From the IMG/VR virus record IMGVR_UViG_3300023110_001773, positions 1 to 64,000 of that record: a stretch of 64,000 nucleotides of DNA; one strand, given 5' to 3'. Origin of the DNA: a virus. Of this stretch, positions 1 through 9,413 are shown piece by piece. A program made the position numbers and the translations under genes. A model generated the notes under the pieces. It was not told the origin of the DNA. It saw nothing but the letters and a program-made list of their open reading frames with translations, and did not search any database. Position 1 is the first letter of the stretch; every line of letters begins with the position of its first letter.

Positions 1-48
1 AGTCAACCAAGGGTCTGCGTCAATTTCAACAAAGTTTTTACTCATGTT

Positions 49-318
49 TCACCCATCGTCTAGACCAGCTTCCCATCGTTCTGATTCCCACTGCTGAATG
101 AAGTTTGAGAATCCTACTTGAAGTACACTGTACTCGCTCAGATTCTCTTCACGCCACTCTTCAATCTCTTTCACTTGGTCTGGAGTGATTTCAGTAATCT
201 CTCCAACACCAAAATGCTCAGTGATCTGTTCCCATACTTGGTCACAGATTTGGCTTTCATAATACTCTTCGGACTTGTGAGGGCGATGCCACACATACTT
301 TTCTTCACTCATGATCAA
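49..318 (-). CDS. hypothetical protein
   Basis: 89-aa ORF, ATGA overlap with upstream gene, same strand as all genes. Confidence 0.7.
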   Translation of the reverse strand: MIMSEEKYVWHRPHKSEEYYESQICDQVWEQITEHFGVGEITEITPDQVKEIEEWREENLSEYSVLQVGFSNFIQQWESERWEAGLDDG

Positions 319-773
319 AACCTCGTTTGATATCGGTTGTCGGGGTCAACCTCATCGGCAGTCAAGGGCAAACCCATAAACACCTCTGTATATTCGTGAT
401 CCCAATTGTTGTCAAAGAACCAACTGGTTCCATTTTCGCACAGTTCTTCATCTAACCATTCATCAGACAGAGGAGAATTCTCGGTCAGTATGGGATAGTA
501 GAAACAGGCACACTCATCGAAATAGTCTACCATTTCAAACTCGGAGAATTCGCACTCTGGTTCACATTGACCACTAGCACTCTCATCAAGATAAGACTCG
601 AGCAGTTCTTTCTCTTCTTCGTTGGTGATCTTTACGATATATGCACCAGATCGAAAGTTAGACTCAACTCGGCAACGGTCACCGCTCTCGTTATCTTTCC
701 ATACTTCCCACTGGTCAAAACTCTTTTTGTACATCGGGTGAATGGTGTACTCTTTTCCTACTTCAATTTTCAT
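315..773 (-). CDS. hypothetical acidic protein
   Basis: 152-aa ORF with AAGGA RBS directly downstream of a sigma70 promoter. Confidence 0.8.
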   Translation of the reverse strand: MKIEVGKEYTIHPMYKKSFDQWEVWKDNESGDRCRVESNFRSGAYIVKITNEEEKELLESYLDESASGQCEPECEFSEFEMVDYFDECACFYYPILTENSPLSDEWLDEELCENGTSWFFDNNWDHEYTEVFMGLPLTADEVDPDNRYQTRF

Positions 774-806
774 GATAAATTCCTTACTTGAACAATCTAA
801 GATTAA

Positions 807-835
807 ATCTTATCATCTTTTGTATCGGAAGTCAA
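807..835 (-). promoter_or_regulatory. sigma70-type promoter
   Basis: minus strand TTGACT-N17-TAAGAT. Confidence 0.7.
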
Positions 836-842
836 TACAAAA

Positions 843-1154
843 TTAATCTAACCACTGTATGATTTCTACTGTACCACCACATCCAGCAGCACGAATAGTG
901 TTGGCTGTTTCCTCTGCTTCTTCTCTTGTTTCGAACAATTCTACCACCAAATCAGCACAGGAACCCGTGTCTTCAGTGATATAATAAAAAGAGTCATTGG
1001 TCGATACTTTGATGGCGTACTTCATTCTGCCTACCATACCAGATTTCTTACTAAAAATCCGATCCCAATTACTAGCAAACGTTTCATTGTCTACCGAATA
1101 GGGTCTCGGTCTACTTCCCTTGCCACTCATATACTTTTCCTCTAGGCCAATCAA
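843..1154 (-). CDS. hypothetical protein (start probably MSGKGSRPRP)
   Basis: ORF containing a KGSRPRP...NWDRIF motif common in small phage proteins. Confidence 0.65.
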   Translation of the reverse strand: MIGLEEKYMSGKGSRPRPYSVDNETFASNWDRIFSKKSGMVGRMKYAIKVSTNDSFYYITEDTGSCADLVVELFETREEAEETANTIRAAGCGGTVEIIQWLD

Positions 1155-2103
1155 TCATTCCTCTAGCATCACGCTTTTGTAATTCAAAAAAATCCTTGGT
1201 TTCAAATATTGGTAACTCTGGAACCTCAGCATTCTGAATTAATGTTAAACATCTCTTTCGATTATGCATTCTCTCCGTATCTGTTATCTCTACCAAATCG
1301 GACAGTTTAATATTTAGCAATTTTTTAAACTGTTCATAAAATCCTTCAAGTCTTTCTTCATTATCTTCTATACTGTCAAAAGAATAGTCAATAACGTTAT
1401 CGTGCATCTTGAACCCCAACCACTTCAAATTGCGATAATAGTTCTGTGCCGAAAATCCGAATGCAATCTTTTCATGTAGCAGAGGTTTCCATGTTTTTTC
1501 GGTAAACCTCAACGTATTTACCTCTGGTTCAACATAAACATCTATCAATACTCTATCATAAAATTCAGCAGGATTGAAAGCAATTTTCGTTACCATGTCT
1601 GGTTGTTTCAAACTATCGGCAATATTGAATTCTATATCAGCGAACACCCCGTTCCGTAAAAAAGAACAATACTGATTGATCAGTCCATCTTTCTCCACCT
1701 TGTCCCATAATTTCTGTCTAAAGGGTCTAGATTTGCCGTTAAGAAAACAAAACGGAATAGTGATCTCTTGATTTACATGTGTCTTGCCATGAGATATTGT
1801 TAGATACAAAAAATAGTAAGGGTTTTTGCCGTGATACATATTTCTAGGCAGAGTATGATTCATATCACGAAAAGAATTGTCTTCGATGCAAAAAGATATA
1901 TCAGAATTCTCTTCCACGAAAGAAATGTCAACAAATCGCACTATCTCTTCCCACAAATTGAACAAAGTATATTTTTTGTCCTTGCCGTGTTCGGATACTA
2001 TCTCTTTGAGAGCATCATTATCTACAGTTCGGTGGCCATCAGCATCCCTTGCTAATAGGCATGATATGTAAACATTTTTATCATCAGAAGAAACTACGTT
2101 CAC
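1111..2103 (-). CDS. 'TEKTWKP' family protein, putative GT-B glycosyltransferase-like; paralog of 22279..23211
   Basis: FTEKTWKP...LGF...IDYSFD motif shared with 22279..23211. Confidence 0.55.
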   Translation of the reverse strand: MNVVSSDDKNVYISCLLARDADGHRTVDNDALKEIVSEHGKDKKYTLFNLWEEIVRFVDISFVEENSDISFCIEDNSFRDMNHTLPRNMYHGKNPYYFLYLTISHGKTHVNQEITIPFCFLNGKSRPFRQKLWDKVEKDGLINQYCSFLRNGVFADIEFNIADSLKQPDMVTKIAFNPAEFYDRVLIDVYVEPEVNTLRFTEKTWKPLLHEKIAFGFSAQNYYRNLKWLGFKMHDNVIDYSFDSIEDNEERLEGFYEQFKKLLNIKLSDLVEITDTERMHNRKRCLTLIQNAEVPELPIFETKDFFELQKRDARGMIDWPRGKVYEWQGK

Positions 2104-2288
2104 CTAATTTGTTCTCTCTTTTTGTCACCAAACTTACGGCGATACACGGTTTCGCCCTTATCTGGACTTTCGTATATCCACGGTCTTTTTGCGTACCACT
2201 CTTCATAAGTGATCAGAGGTTTATTAGCACCTTCCATCACGGCAAGATCAGCATGGTACATGGCACGCAAAACTTTGTCAGTATCCAT
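2100..2288 (-). CDS. hypothetical protein (start MDTDKV)
   Basis: IYESPDKGETVYRRKFG motif; start trimmed to avoid a long overlap with the receptor gene. Confidence 0.6.
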   Translation of the reverse strand: MDTDKVLRAMYHADLAVMEGANKPLITYEEWYAKRPWIYESPDKGETVYRRKFGDKKREQIR

Positions 2289-3777
2289 GCTGATACCCAA
2301 CATGAAACTCGACACCCCCAACGGGATACCCGTACTGGATTTCATAGACTTCATCAGTGAGATTGCTCACCGTAGCAAAAAATCCACTGTTCTCATAGGT
2401 AAAGTCAATTGTGGTTGCCCACTGATTGCTATTGATCTGAGTCGTGAAGTCTTTCCACTCAGCGGTCACAGAACCTTTCCACTCCGATACAAATGGCTGA
2501 TCACTGTCAGTGTACCCAGCGAATACCGAAAAGTTCACATCACCAAAAGTGTAATTGTCTTGGAATCGCACACCACTGGTAGAGTAGTCGCCCGTATTCT
2601 GAAACTGATTGTTTTCAAAATTGTAGGTAATACCCTCATCAAAATTATATGCGAATGCCGTTACTGGGCCCAGTGAGATATCAATACCGGCAGATTCTTC
2701 TGGATTTAGATTGTTGTTCGACATAACGTAAGCGTCTCCGTTCTCTTCATATAGTGTTGGTTCCCGATAAGATGATCCTATGGCGACATTAATACCAGTG
2801 AGCAGGGGAACCGAAAACCCAACTCTGGCAACTACATTGTCACCGTCAGTTCTAACAGAAAAACCACCGTACTCAGCATACGCCTCGACCCGTTCTCTGG
2901 TTTGTCCTGCGAATCTTTCTGCGTTGATTGTCGCACCGATCAACACATCATAAAACATCTGTCTAGCATCAGTGTAGAATCGTTGCGACTTACTTTCATA
3001 ACCACTGCCCTCATTGGGGAAGTCAGCATTGTTCCAACTGTAGCCAACTGTTATATTCTCATCATTGTACGATACTGTGCCACGGTTGCCTTCCTGTTTA
3101 CACTCATCAGAAAATAGTGTCATGACAAAATTCTCATCAAAGGTAGGCTGGTAGCACCTATCGTAGTCATAGGAATAGTCAGTATAAACTAAATTGAAAT
3201 TGCCGTACTCTCCACGCACCGTATAATTTTTGTACATGTCGTCTTCGTCATTGTCAGACCTGACCGAATCATTGTTAGCACCAAATGCCGTGAAAGAAAA
3301 ACCCAAGTCACTTGATATGTGCGTCATGGCACTCTTTGATCCGGCACGAATCATAAAACGATTATCAAACGTATCGTTGATAAAAACAGTTCCAGCGAGT
3401 GAACCAGAACCATAGATTGTAGAGTTAGAACCCTGCACCAGCGTGATTCTCTCGCCGCCTGTGGGGATATCGTGAGCAAAGTCATACCAACCCGTACCAG
3501 AATCGTTGACTGGGATTCCGTTGCGATATATCTGCGAGTGAATAGTCTGTTGCCCTCGTTCACGATATCCAGCGAAACCACCATACCCACCTTGAGTGAA
3601 TGATTGACTAGGATCAAGAATCTCAGCGACAGTGAAATCTAAGTTTGGTTTGGGTTCAAATGTCTGGCGAGGTGCCGCCTCCACGACAATCTCATAAAGT
3701 TCTTCGGCATACGCTGCACCAGCAAACCATGCCATGAACAGAAATACCACAAAAACATACCATCTAATTTTAATCAC
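2278..3777 (-). CDS. TonB-dependent outer-membrane receptor (BtuB-like, compact)
   Basis: signal peptide (AAYA|EE), TonB-box-like EIVVEA, plug motifs RG..YRNGIPVND and ERITLVQGSNSTIYGSGSLAGTVFI, C-terminal SNLTDEVY..GVEFHVGYQHGY with terminal aromatic; probable GTG start at 3777. Confidence 0.85.
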   Translation of the reverse strand: MIKIRWYVFVVFLFMAWFAGAAYAEELYEIVVEAAPRQTFEPKPNLDFTVAEILDPSQSFTQGGYGGFAGYRERGQQTIHSQIYRNGIPVNDSGTGWYDFAHDIPTGGERITLVQGSNSTIYGSGSLAGTVFINDTFDNRFMIRAGSKSAMTHISSDLGFSFTAFGANNDSVRSDNDEDDMYKNYTVRGEYGNFNLVYTDYSYDYDRCYQPTFDENFVMTLFSDECKQEGNRGTVSYNDENITVGYSWNNADFPNEGSGYESKSQRFYTDARQMFYDVLIGATINAERFAGQTRERVEAYAEYGGFSVRTDGDNVVARVGFSVPLLTGINVAIGSSYREPTLYEENGDAYVMSNNNLNPEESAGIDISLGPVTAFAYNFDEGITYNFENNQFQNTGDYSTSGVRFQDNYTFGDVNFSVFAGYTDSDQPFVSEWKGSVTAEWKDFTTQINSNQWATTIDFTYENSGFFATVSNLTDEVYEIQYGYPVGGVEFHVGYQHGY

Positions 3778-3890
3778 ATGAACATCCCATATGCTAGACA
3801 CCACAATTCTAACCCAAGTTTATAAAATACCCAAGCACCCATAACGCACAATGCGCCCATACACATTTGACCAGTGACAGTCTTATTCAT
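3774..3890 (-). CDS. 38-aa small membrane protein (not in ORF track)
   Basis: MNKTVTGQMCMGALCVMGAWVFYKLGLELWCLAYGMFM; GGAG RBS; stop overlaps the receptor GTG. Confidence 0.65.
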   Translation of the reverse strand: MNKTVTGQMCMGALCVMGAWVFYKLGLELWCLAYGMFM

Positions 3891-4905
3891 TATTATCTCC
3901 TATCATGCCACGTTTAATCAGTTCCTTTTTAACCAATTTCATCCATGCATTTTGGACATCAGTAGGCGGGTGATACATCAGATTTTCTGCAAAATCACCA
4001 CACTCCCAATATCTAAATTCTTGTAGTCCACCTTGAACAACGCTGTCGTTCTCATAAAAAAACCAAGTGTCCCAATCAATCATATCCATCCAATGTTTAC
4101 AGTCTGGATACATCTTTTCAATTCTTTTGTTTTTGAATTCTGCCTTCATATTTTCTGGCAACGGCGTTGTAGTTTTTTCTGTGTTGTCCCACAGTCTTCT
4201 AGCCAACCAACCCATAGTTGCTTGTCCAGAGATTAAGTTTCTATCGCCGTTGCCATGAATTTCATCTGTTGGTCTAACGTGTACATCGTGAAATATATTC
4301 TGCCAACACATGTTCATCAAAGGTACGCCATAGGATTTGCACAAAGACTGTAGAGTAATTATGGCACGACATGTGTCAACATAACATTGTGCTTTGCTAA
4401 AATTGTTATCGAAATAAGACCTAATGCGTCTATCTAATGACGGTATACCAAAATCCCATATACCATAACCACCCCCAATGATCAACCAATTCGACATCGG
4501 GTGTTTTATTTTCTCATTATTTTCGGTGAGGAAATAATTGGTAAAAGTAGTCTGCTGTTCTTTCCTTAACCCATTGTAGATATCTCTCCAGTCTGGGTCT
4601 TCGTGAGTGAACAAGAATTCTTTTCTAAATGGCGATGACCACATCACTACCACACCAGCAGCATTTTTTCTTCTCTCTGGTTTTGATAGTTCATAACATA
4701 AACGATCACAGATGATCTGATTTCCAGAACCCATCTGTGCAGCATGGATAACAGAATCTCTTCCTAATTCAGATTCTAGTTGTCTGGCCCATGATAAAGT
4801 TTTTTTGTCTGTGTGTGCCGTAAAAGAACATCCACCAGTAATAATATAATTATCTTTTTCCGCCGAAGTATCTGACTGCATGTCCCTTTTCCACCAAGTA
4901 TTCAT
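3883..4905 (-). CDS. SGNH/GDSL-like family protein (GCS...HP)
   Basis: IITGGCSFT, SW, GSGN, VVVMWS, C-terminal YHP. Confidence 0.6.
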   Translation of the reverse strand: MNTWWKRDMQSDTSAEKDNYIITGGCSFTAHTDKKTLSWARQLESELGRDSVIHAAQMGSGNQIICDRLCYELSKPERRKNAAGVVVMWSSPFRKEFLFTHEDPDWRDIYNGLRKEQQTTFTNYFLTENNEKIKHPMSNWLIIGGGYGIWDFGIPSLDRRIRSYFDNNFSKAQCYVDTCRAIITLQSLCKSYGVPLMNMCWQNIFHDVHVRPTDEIHGNGDRNLISGQATMGWLARRLWDNTEKTTTPLPENMKAEFKNKRIEKMYPDCKHWMDMIDWDTWFFYENDSVVQGGLQEFRYWECGDFAENLMYHPPTDVQNAWMKLVKKELIKRGMIGDNNE

Positions 4906-5215
4906 TCAATGACTGATCAGCGTATTCTTTGTCTGACCAAATCTCACCAAGGATACGACCATACTTGCCCTTGGCATCATATGTTTTTGTTTTAAGAACG
5001 GCAGTCTCGCCTTCTGGGCAAAAGTTCACACAGTAATCTTTTGCAGCAAGACCCAATTTCTTTTCTTCCAAATCTCTGGTACGACTTTCTGGCGTGTTAA
5101 TACCATAAAGTCTGACTCTTTGATCATTGAGCCAGACTCCAAAACCTAGATCGATATGCACATCAACGGTATCACCATCAACCCATCTGTCAATGATTAC
5201 TTTGTACTCATACAT
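4850..5215 (-). CDS. thermonuclease (SNase-like) family protein
   Basis: VDGDTVD, RVRLYGINTPE, KYGRILG, LVEKGHA. Confidence 0.9.
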   Translation of the reverse strand: MYEYKVIIDRWVDGDTVDVHIDLGFGVWLNDQRVRLYGINTPESRTRDLEEKKLGLAAKDYCVNFCPEGETAVLKTKTYDAKGKYGRILGEIWSDKEYADQSLNEYLVEKGHAVRYFGGKR

Positions 5216-5280
5216 CTTCTTCCCCTTTTATGTGCCACCAAAGGACAAAAACAATCCCACCAGCAACATATAATAAAAAC

Positions 5281-5514
5281 TCAATCATCTTCCGACAATT
5301 CTCTTTCCAAAAACCTTGTAAAGATTTTATTATCCTTTCCAAATGTAGTTGCAAACCATTCCTTGCCCATTTTACGAGAAAGAAATTCTTCCACTACAGC
5401 CATATAGACCGCACCATGAATCATACCGCCCTGTTTAAATCCAGCCTTGTAGCTAGTATAGGAGCAACCTCCCATACAAACTAGTATGATAATAACCTGT
5501 TCAAGTGTGATCAT
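5281..5514 (-). CDS. hypothetical membrane-anchored protein
   Basis: 77-aa ORF with hydrophobic N-terminus. Confidence 0.6.
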   Translation of the reverse strand: MITLEQVIIILVCMGGCSYTSYKAGFKQGGMIHGAVYMAVVEEFLSRKMGKEWFATTFGKDNKIFTRFLERELSEDD

Positions 5515-5517
5515 TTG

Positions 5518-6102
5518 TTATCCTTTCAGAATGTCATATAGTTGCTCCCAACTTTTGACAATCGTTGCCGGCCCCTGATAATCCATATTATGGCCGTGTT
5601 CCATTAGGAATGAATTGAATCCAAACTCAGCACCAACATCTGCGTTTACTGGTTTGTCTTCAATCCACGGTGCTCCATAATATTTATGCGACAATCGTTC
5701 AAGGATTTCATCTTTATCAGCACCACAGTCTAGATAATGAAACCCAACAAAGGCATCACCAAATAATTTTCGTAGGTTTTGAGTTCGCAATTCCTGTGCA
5801 TACGGATCACTATGAAGACTAGTCACGGCAACAAATAGGTATCCATGTTGTTCAAACAATTTGCGAATGAACCATTGGGCATCACGCAAAGGTGGCAGAA
5901 AACCAATAGCGGCACTGCTGTTGAATTGGTTGGTAAGTCTCTTCCCCTCTTCTGGGGTAATGTTAAACCTTTCGTTGATTTTGTACATCAACTGGTATCC
6001 CTCCACGGGAACCATTCCATTGTGCCTACACCATCCCATGAATGCGGTCTCCCAATCAAGGCAAACCCCATCACAGTCGGTTAAAATAAATTTGTTTTTC
6101 AA
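5518..6102 (-). CDS. HAD-superfamily 5'(3')-deoxyribonucleotidase-like phosphatase
   Basis: DCDGV motif I, VTS motif II, K..WIEDK motifs III/IV. Confidence 0.8.
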   Translation of the reverse strand: MKNKFILTDCDGVCLDWETAFMGWCRHNGMVPVEGYQLMYKINERFNITPEEGKRLTNQFNSSAAIGFLPPLRDAQWFIRKLFEQHGYLFVAVTSLHSDPYAQELRTQNLRKLFGDAFVGFHYLDCGADKDEILERLSHKYYGAPWIEDKPVNADVGAEFGFNSFLMEHGHNMDYQGPATIVKSWEQLYDILKG

Positions 6103-6527
6103 GCGGCCTCCTCAAATTTTTCTAGGGCCACATCATATCGGCCGTTTTCATCCTGCGACCATGTGCGCTCACCAACGATATTGCGAGCCATAGTATAGTC
6201 CTTTACATCCTCACGGCAAGACAACTTGCCATCAACGAGTTCAGCGTAGATAGCGGTATCCCACTCTTCTACAACTGTAGCGGGGTCAAAGTCGATATCA
6301 TCGACTAGGTTTTCGCCAACAATATACTCTTCAGCATAATCATTGCGATACTCGATGCACTTAGCCACATCAGTGAAAAACTGGCCAGACATGGCCTGCT
6401 CCAACGAAGCCTCTACAACAAAGCAAGAGCCGCCCTTAGACTTCCAGTACTGCGGGCACTCACCCTTACCGTCCCAATCGTGGGCGCCATAGTTTTCCAT
6501 AAACTGAGTGTAGATAACAACTTTCAT
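6099..6527 (-). CDS. conserved phage hypothetical protein
   Basis: ENYGAHDWDGKGECPQYWKSKGG motif. Confidence 0.75.
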   Translation of the reverse strand: MKVVIYTQFMENYGAHDWDGKGECPQYWKSKGGSCFVVEASLEQAMSGQFFTDVAKCIEYRNDYAEEYIVGENLVDDIDFDPATVVEEWDTAIYAELVDGKLSCREDVKDYTMARNIVGERTWSQDENGRYDVALEKFEEAA

Positions 6528-6530
6528 AAA

Positions 6531-6767
6531 TTAAACCCCTGACAATTTGATTGCGTTGCGGAACATGATCATGGCATCATCATCATTTTCAAAACCCTCT
6601 TCACTGGCAAAGTCCATTGAAGACGATCCTGATACCTGAGAAGCGAGACCATTTTTTGCGATAATCTCTGCACATTCTTCGACAGTAGAACCATAACCAA
6701 TAGGATCAGCAGCATCGCCAAAGAAGACCAGACCACCATCCTGAGCACCAACAAAATCAATAACCAT
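6531..6767 (-). CDS. early hypothetical protein (start ATG 6767)
   Basis: SSSMDFASEEGF motif; GAGAGAGUG leader 4 nt upstream of ATG. Confidence 0.7.
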   Translation of the reverse strand: MVIDFVGAQDGGLVFFGDAADPIGYGSTVEECAEIIAKNGLASQVSGSSSMDFASEEGFENDDDAMIMFRNAIKLSGV

Positions 6768-6799
6768 ATTCACTCTCTCTTTCATCATCTTATGTGGCC

Positions 6800-6828
6800 A
6801 TTATAAGCCATCTGGAAGCAGAAGTCAA
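6800..6828 (-). promoter_or_regulatory. sigma70-type early promoter
   Basis: TTGACT-N17-TATAAT. Confidence 0.9.
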
Positions 6829-6844
6829 GAAAAAGCTGCCTCTG

Positions 6845-6913
6845 TAAGCCATTGATTCAAAAGGATAAAGCAAAAAAGTTGAAATTATTTTCTTCAATAA
6901 AATCAAGGGCTTA
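6845..6913. promoter_or_regulatory. two inverted IHF-consensus boxes with A/T tracts upstream of the promoter
   Basis: TAAGCCATTGATT (6845-6857) and AATCAAGGGCTTA (6901-6913) match WATCAANNNNTTR. Confidence 0.6.
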
Positions 6914-7432
6914 CGATACTGGGCGGTATTTGTCGTAAAATCGGCCCCATTGCCAGTCTTCTGGGATGTCGGAATCCGCCCTGACAAGATGCATTTTTCC
7001 CGTGGGTTCGACACACCAGCGCATCTTGGGTCTCTCATACGCCTTCTGGCGAATCTTGGCGAGTGTTTCTAGTGAGTGTTTACGCCCATACATGGGATTA
7101 AACTCTCCCTGCCGTGTGCCCTTCATTGTCTCGGATATTTTCTTTTTGTGGTCTTCACTCAAACCATTTTTGTGGGGGTGTTTGTCACCTAGTTTTGCTT
7201 GGCGAATCCGTTCTCTGCCCTCTGGTGTGTGCCATGCAGTTCTGTCTCTGCATTTATCAACTATGGGCCAATCCTTTTTGTTGTAAGTAATAACATACTC
7301 TCGCACACCCTCCACCGTTGATTGTTTAATAATCAATTCTCTGGGTTTGGGTACAAGTTGCAGAGAGTTTTCGTCTACAATCCAAAATTCATTTCTGGTT
7401 TGAAACAAAAAGAATCTTGATGCTCTAGACAT
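6911..7432 (-). CDS. NUMOD3 DNA-binding domain protein (homing endonuclease-related)
   Basis: HTPEGRERIR, LSEDHKKKISETMKG, NPMYGRKHSLETLAKIR. Confidence 0.75.
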   Translation of the reverse strand: MSRASRFFLFQTRNEFWIVDENSLQLVPKPRELIIKQSTVEGVREYVITYNKKDWPIVDKCRDRTAWHTPEGRERIRQAKLGDKHPHKNGLSEDHKKKISETMKGTRQGEFNPMYGRKHSLETLAKIRQKAYERPKMRWCVEPTGKMHLVRADSDIPEDWQWGRFYDKYRPVS

Positions 7433-7626
7433 TAGAGTTTTTCTAACATTTCTAGTTTGTCTTGATACTCTGCTGCCCTACCAAGTTCTTCTTCAATGGT
7501 CTGCATGACATCTGGGTGTTCAGCAACACCAACAGATTTTTCTGTCAGAATTCTAGCATTAGTCATATGACGATCACGCATAGCAACAAAGAAAGAGCTC
7601 AATGTTGTTTTAATCTGTTCTTTCAT
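7432..7626 (-). CDS. conserved phage hypothetical protein
   Basis: VGVAEHPD motif. Confidence 0.7.
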   Translation of the reverse strand: MKEQIKTTLSSFFVAMRDRHMTNARILTEKSVGVAEHPDVMQTIEEELGRAAEYQDKLEMLEKL

Positions 7627-7628
7627 TT

Positions 7629-8042
7629 TTAGGATTTCCTCAAATTTACTTTTTCTAGTGATAGTTTGTCTTTATAACTGAGTATGAATGCAGATATTGC
7701 CAACACAAAAATGCCGAGACTTTCGTAAATTATGTTCACTGGTTCGGTTCCCTTCGTGGTCAATACAATCATACGAGTCAATGCGGTAATTGCGATAATG
7801 ATAGGAAGCGTGACTGGTATTCTGTGGTCATTATAGAATGCACCCACCATGCCAAGTATCTCAGCATAAATGAACAACAAGAAAAGATCAGCGAGAGCCA
7901 TTTTGCCTTGTTGACCAAACATGCCAACAATATCATACCCAGCAGCCCACACCGTACCAGCAACAATGAATAGTAGTAAAGCCTTCTCAATGTGGAGAAT
8001 GCCCCTCGACACTCTCTTCTTTACATAATTAGAATCTATCAT
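7629..8042 (-). CDS. psiE: phosphate-starvation-inducible PsiE-family membrane protein
   Basis: 4 TM helices; LADLFLLFIYAEILGMV..RIPVTLPIIIAITALTR. Confidence 0.8.
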   Translation of the reverse strand: MIDSNYVKKRVSRGILHIEKALLLFIVAGTVWAAGYDIVGMFGQQGKMALADLFLLFIYAEILGMVGAFYNDHRIPVTLPIIIAITALTRMIVLTTKGTEPVNIIYESLGIFVLAISAFILSYKDKLSLEKVNLRKS

Positions 8043-8533
8043 GACTTTTTCTTGCGGGGAGCTCTCTTCTTCTTGGCCGGTGTTGGTTTGTTATATTCTG
8101 TAATACCAAGCGGTTCCATTAATTTTTCTAGATCGGGATACAACTCTAGCAGTTTTCCATCTTTTACTGCTGTAAGTATCTTTGCTTCTTTGTGGTGTAC
8201 ACCCTCAAGAATCTGCAACCACTGGGTCTCACGTTTCCAATCTCTCAGTTTATTCATGTTACTGCCTTCAGTGAAAAACTGCGACACTCTGCGCCACTCC
8301 AACTGAATGGTTGTTTCACCCATACCATCTGGAATATCTTCTTTGATTTTAAGTGTCTCTGGTTGTCCTTCTGGTAGATTCCACTCTACTTTCTGAGCAC
8401 CAACCCCAATGCGTACAAGTGGCACAAGGGTTTGATTGGTTTTAGCCCAAGACTTCAGTCTGGCAACTTGATCCTCGACAGATTCGCCCTTGAATACCCA
8501 CTCAAAACCTTCGTTTGTTTGTCTAAACTTCAT
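8039..8533 (-). CDS. conserved T4-like hypothetical protein
   Basis: KRE..WLQILEGVH..EA motif; position next to rnh. Confidence 0.75.
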   Translation of the reverse strand: MKFRQTNEGFEWVFKGESVEDQVARLKSWAKTNQTLVPLVRIGVGAQKVEWNLPEGQPETLKIKEDIPDGMGETTIQLEWRRVSQFFTEGSNMNKLRDWKRETQWLQILEGVHHKEAKILTAVKDGKLLELYPDLEKLMEPLGITEYNKPTPAKKKRAPRKKKS

Positions 8534-8534
8534 T

Positions 8535-9413
8535 TTAAAAATCCTTTACGTTTTCAATTAAACGATGCAAATTAAATTTACTAAAATACTTATACACATC
8601 ATCACGCCCCTTGTTCTTTTGGAGTTCATATTGTGAGATGATGTCATCTTTTATTTCTTGTGGCGTCTGTGACAGATCAACCATCGTCTTGTTACGAATG
8701 TATCCTTCTACCATGTCACCAGTAACCCACTCTTCTGGTTTCATTGTCTTCCATTCAGCAATAAGAGTTTTGCGGATCGGTCTTTGTCGTTTGTTATTGG
8801 TAAAAACATCGTCATCACTGAGAATGTTTGGCACACCATCACCCTTGTCGCCAGTGATAATGTGTTCCATGAGTATTTCACTGGCAGGTTTATCAATCTT
8901 CACAAACTTCTTGCGGATAGGACTCCACTGTGATACGTTCTCCCACTTTTGTAATTGTTGGAAGTCGTGGTCAGCAGACACAATCAAGAATGGTTCAGCA
9001 GACTCAAACAAACCAGACTTGTCAGATGTCTGACTATACTCAGCGAGTGTGCCGATCACATCGTCTGCCTCTGCACCATTGACATCAATGACTGGATAGG
9101 GCATATACTCTGCCAGTTCTTGTTTGACTTGGCCGAGACACTCAAAGATAGTAGACCAATCATATCCACTATCTTCTCTCACTTTTTTGCGGCTTGCTTT
9201 GTAGTTTGGAAATACTTTTCTGCGCCAGTATCGGCGGTTATCACATGCGATAACAACTTCACCATACTCTTTGCCCCAACGTGTTCTATAACTGCGAATC
9301 GTATTGAGGATCATGTGACGCACCAAATCAAAATCAATCTCTTCGGTTTGTCGTTTGTTCAACTCAGCCATCAGATTACTGATACTGATTTGATTATAAT
9401 CAACTAATATCAT
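8535..9413 (-). CDS. rnh: T4-type RNase H (5'-3' exonuclease)
   Basis: ILVDYNQ, WRR..PNYKASR, EADDVIG, SADHDF, GDKGDGVPNI. Confidence 0.95.
   Translation of the reverse strand: MILVDYNQISISNLMAELNKRQTEEIDFDLVRHMILNTIRSYRTRWGKEYGEVVIACDNRRYWRRKVFPNYKASRKKVREDSGYDWSTIFECLGQVKQELAEYMPYPVIDVNGAEADDVIGTLAEYSQTSDKSGLFESAEPFLIVSADHDFQQLQKWENVSQWSPIRKKFVKIDKPASEILMEHIITGDKGDGVPNILSDDDVFTNNKRQRPIRKTLIAEWKTMKPEEWVTGDMVEGYIRNKTMVDLSQTPQEIKDDIISQYELQKNKGRDDVYKYFSKFNLHRLIENVKDF

Noticed and set aside
3778-3890. Cobalamin riboswitch upstream of the TonB receptor
   Set aside because: The interval is filled by a 38-aa ORF and has no B12-box.
6790-7038. 82-aa ORF over the intergenic region
   Set aside because: It overlaps the NUMOD3 gene and the promoter/IHF cassette; probably spurious.
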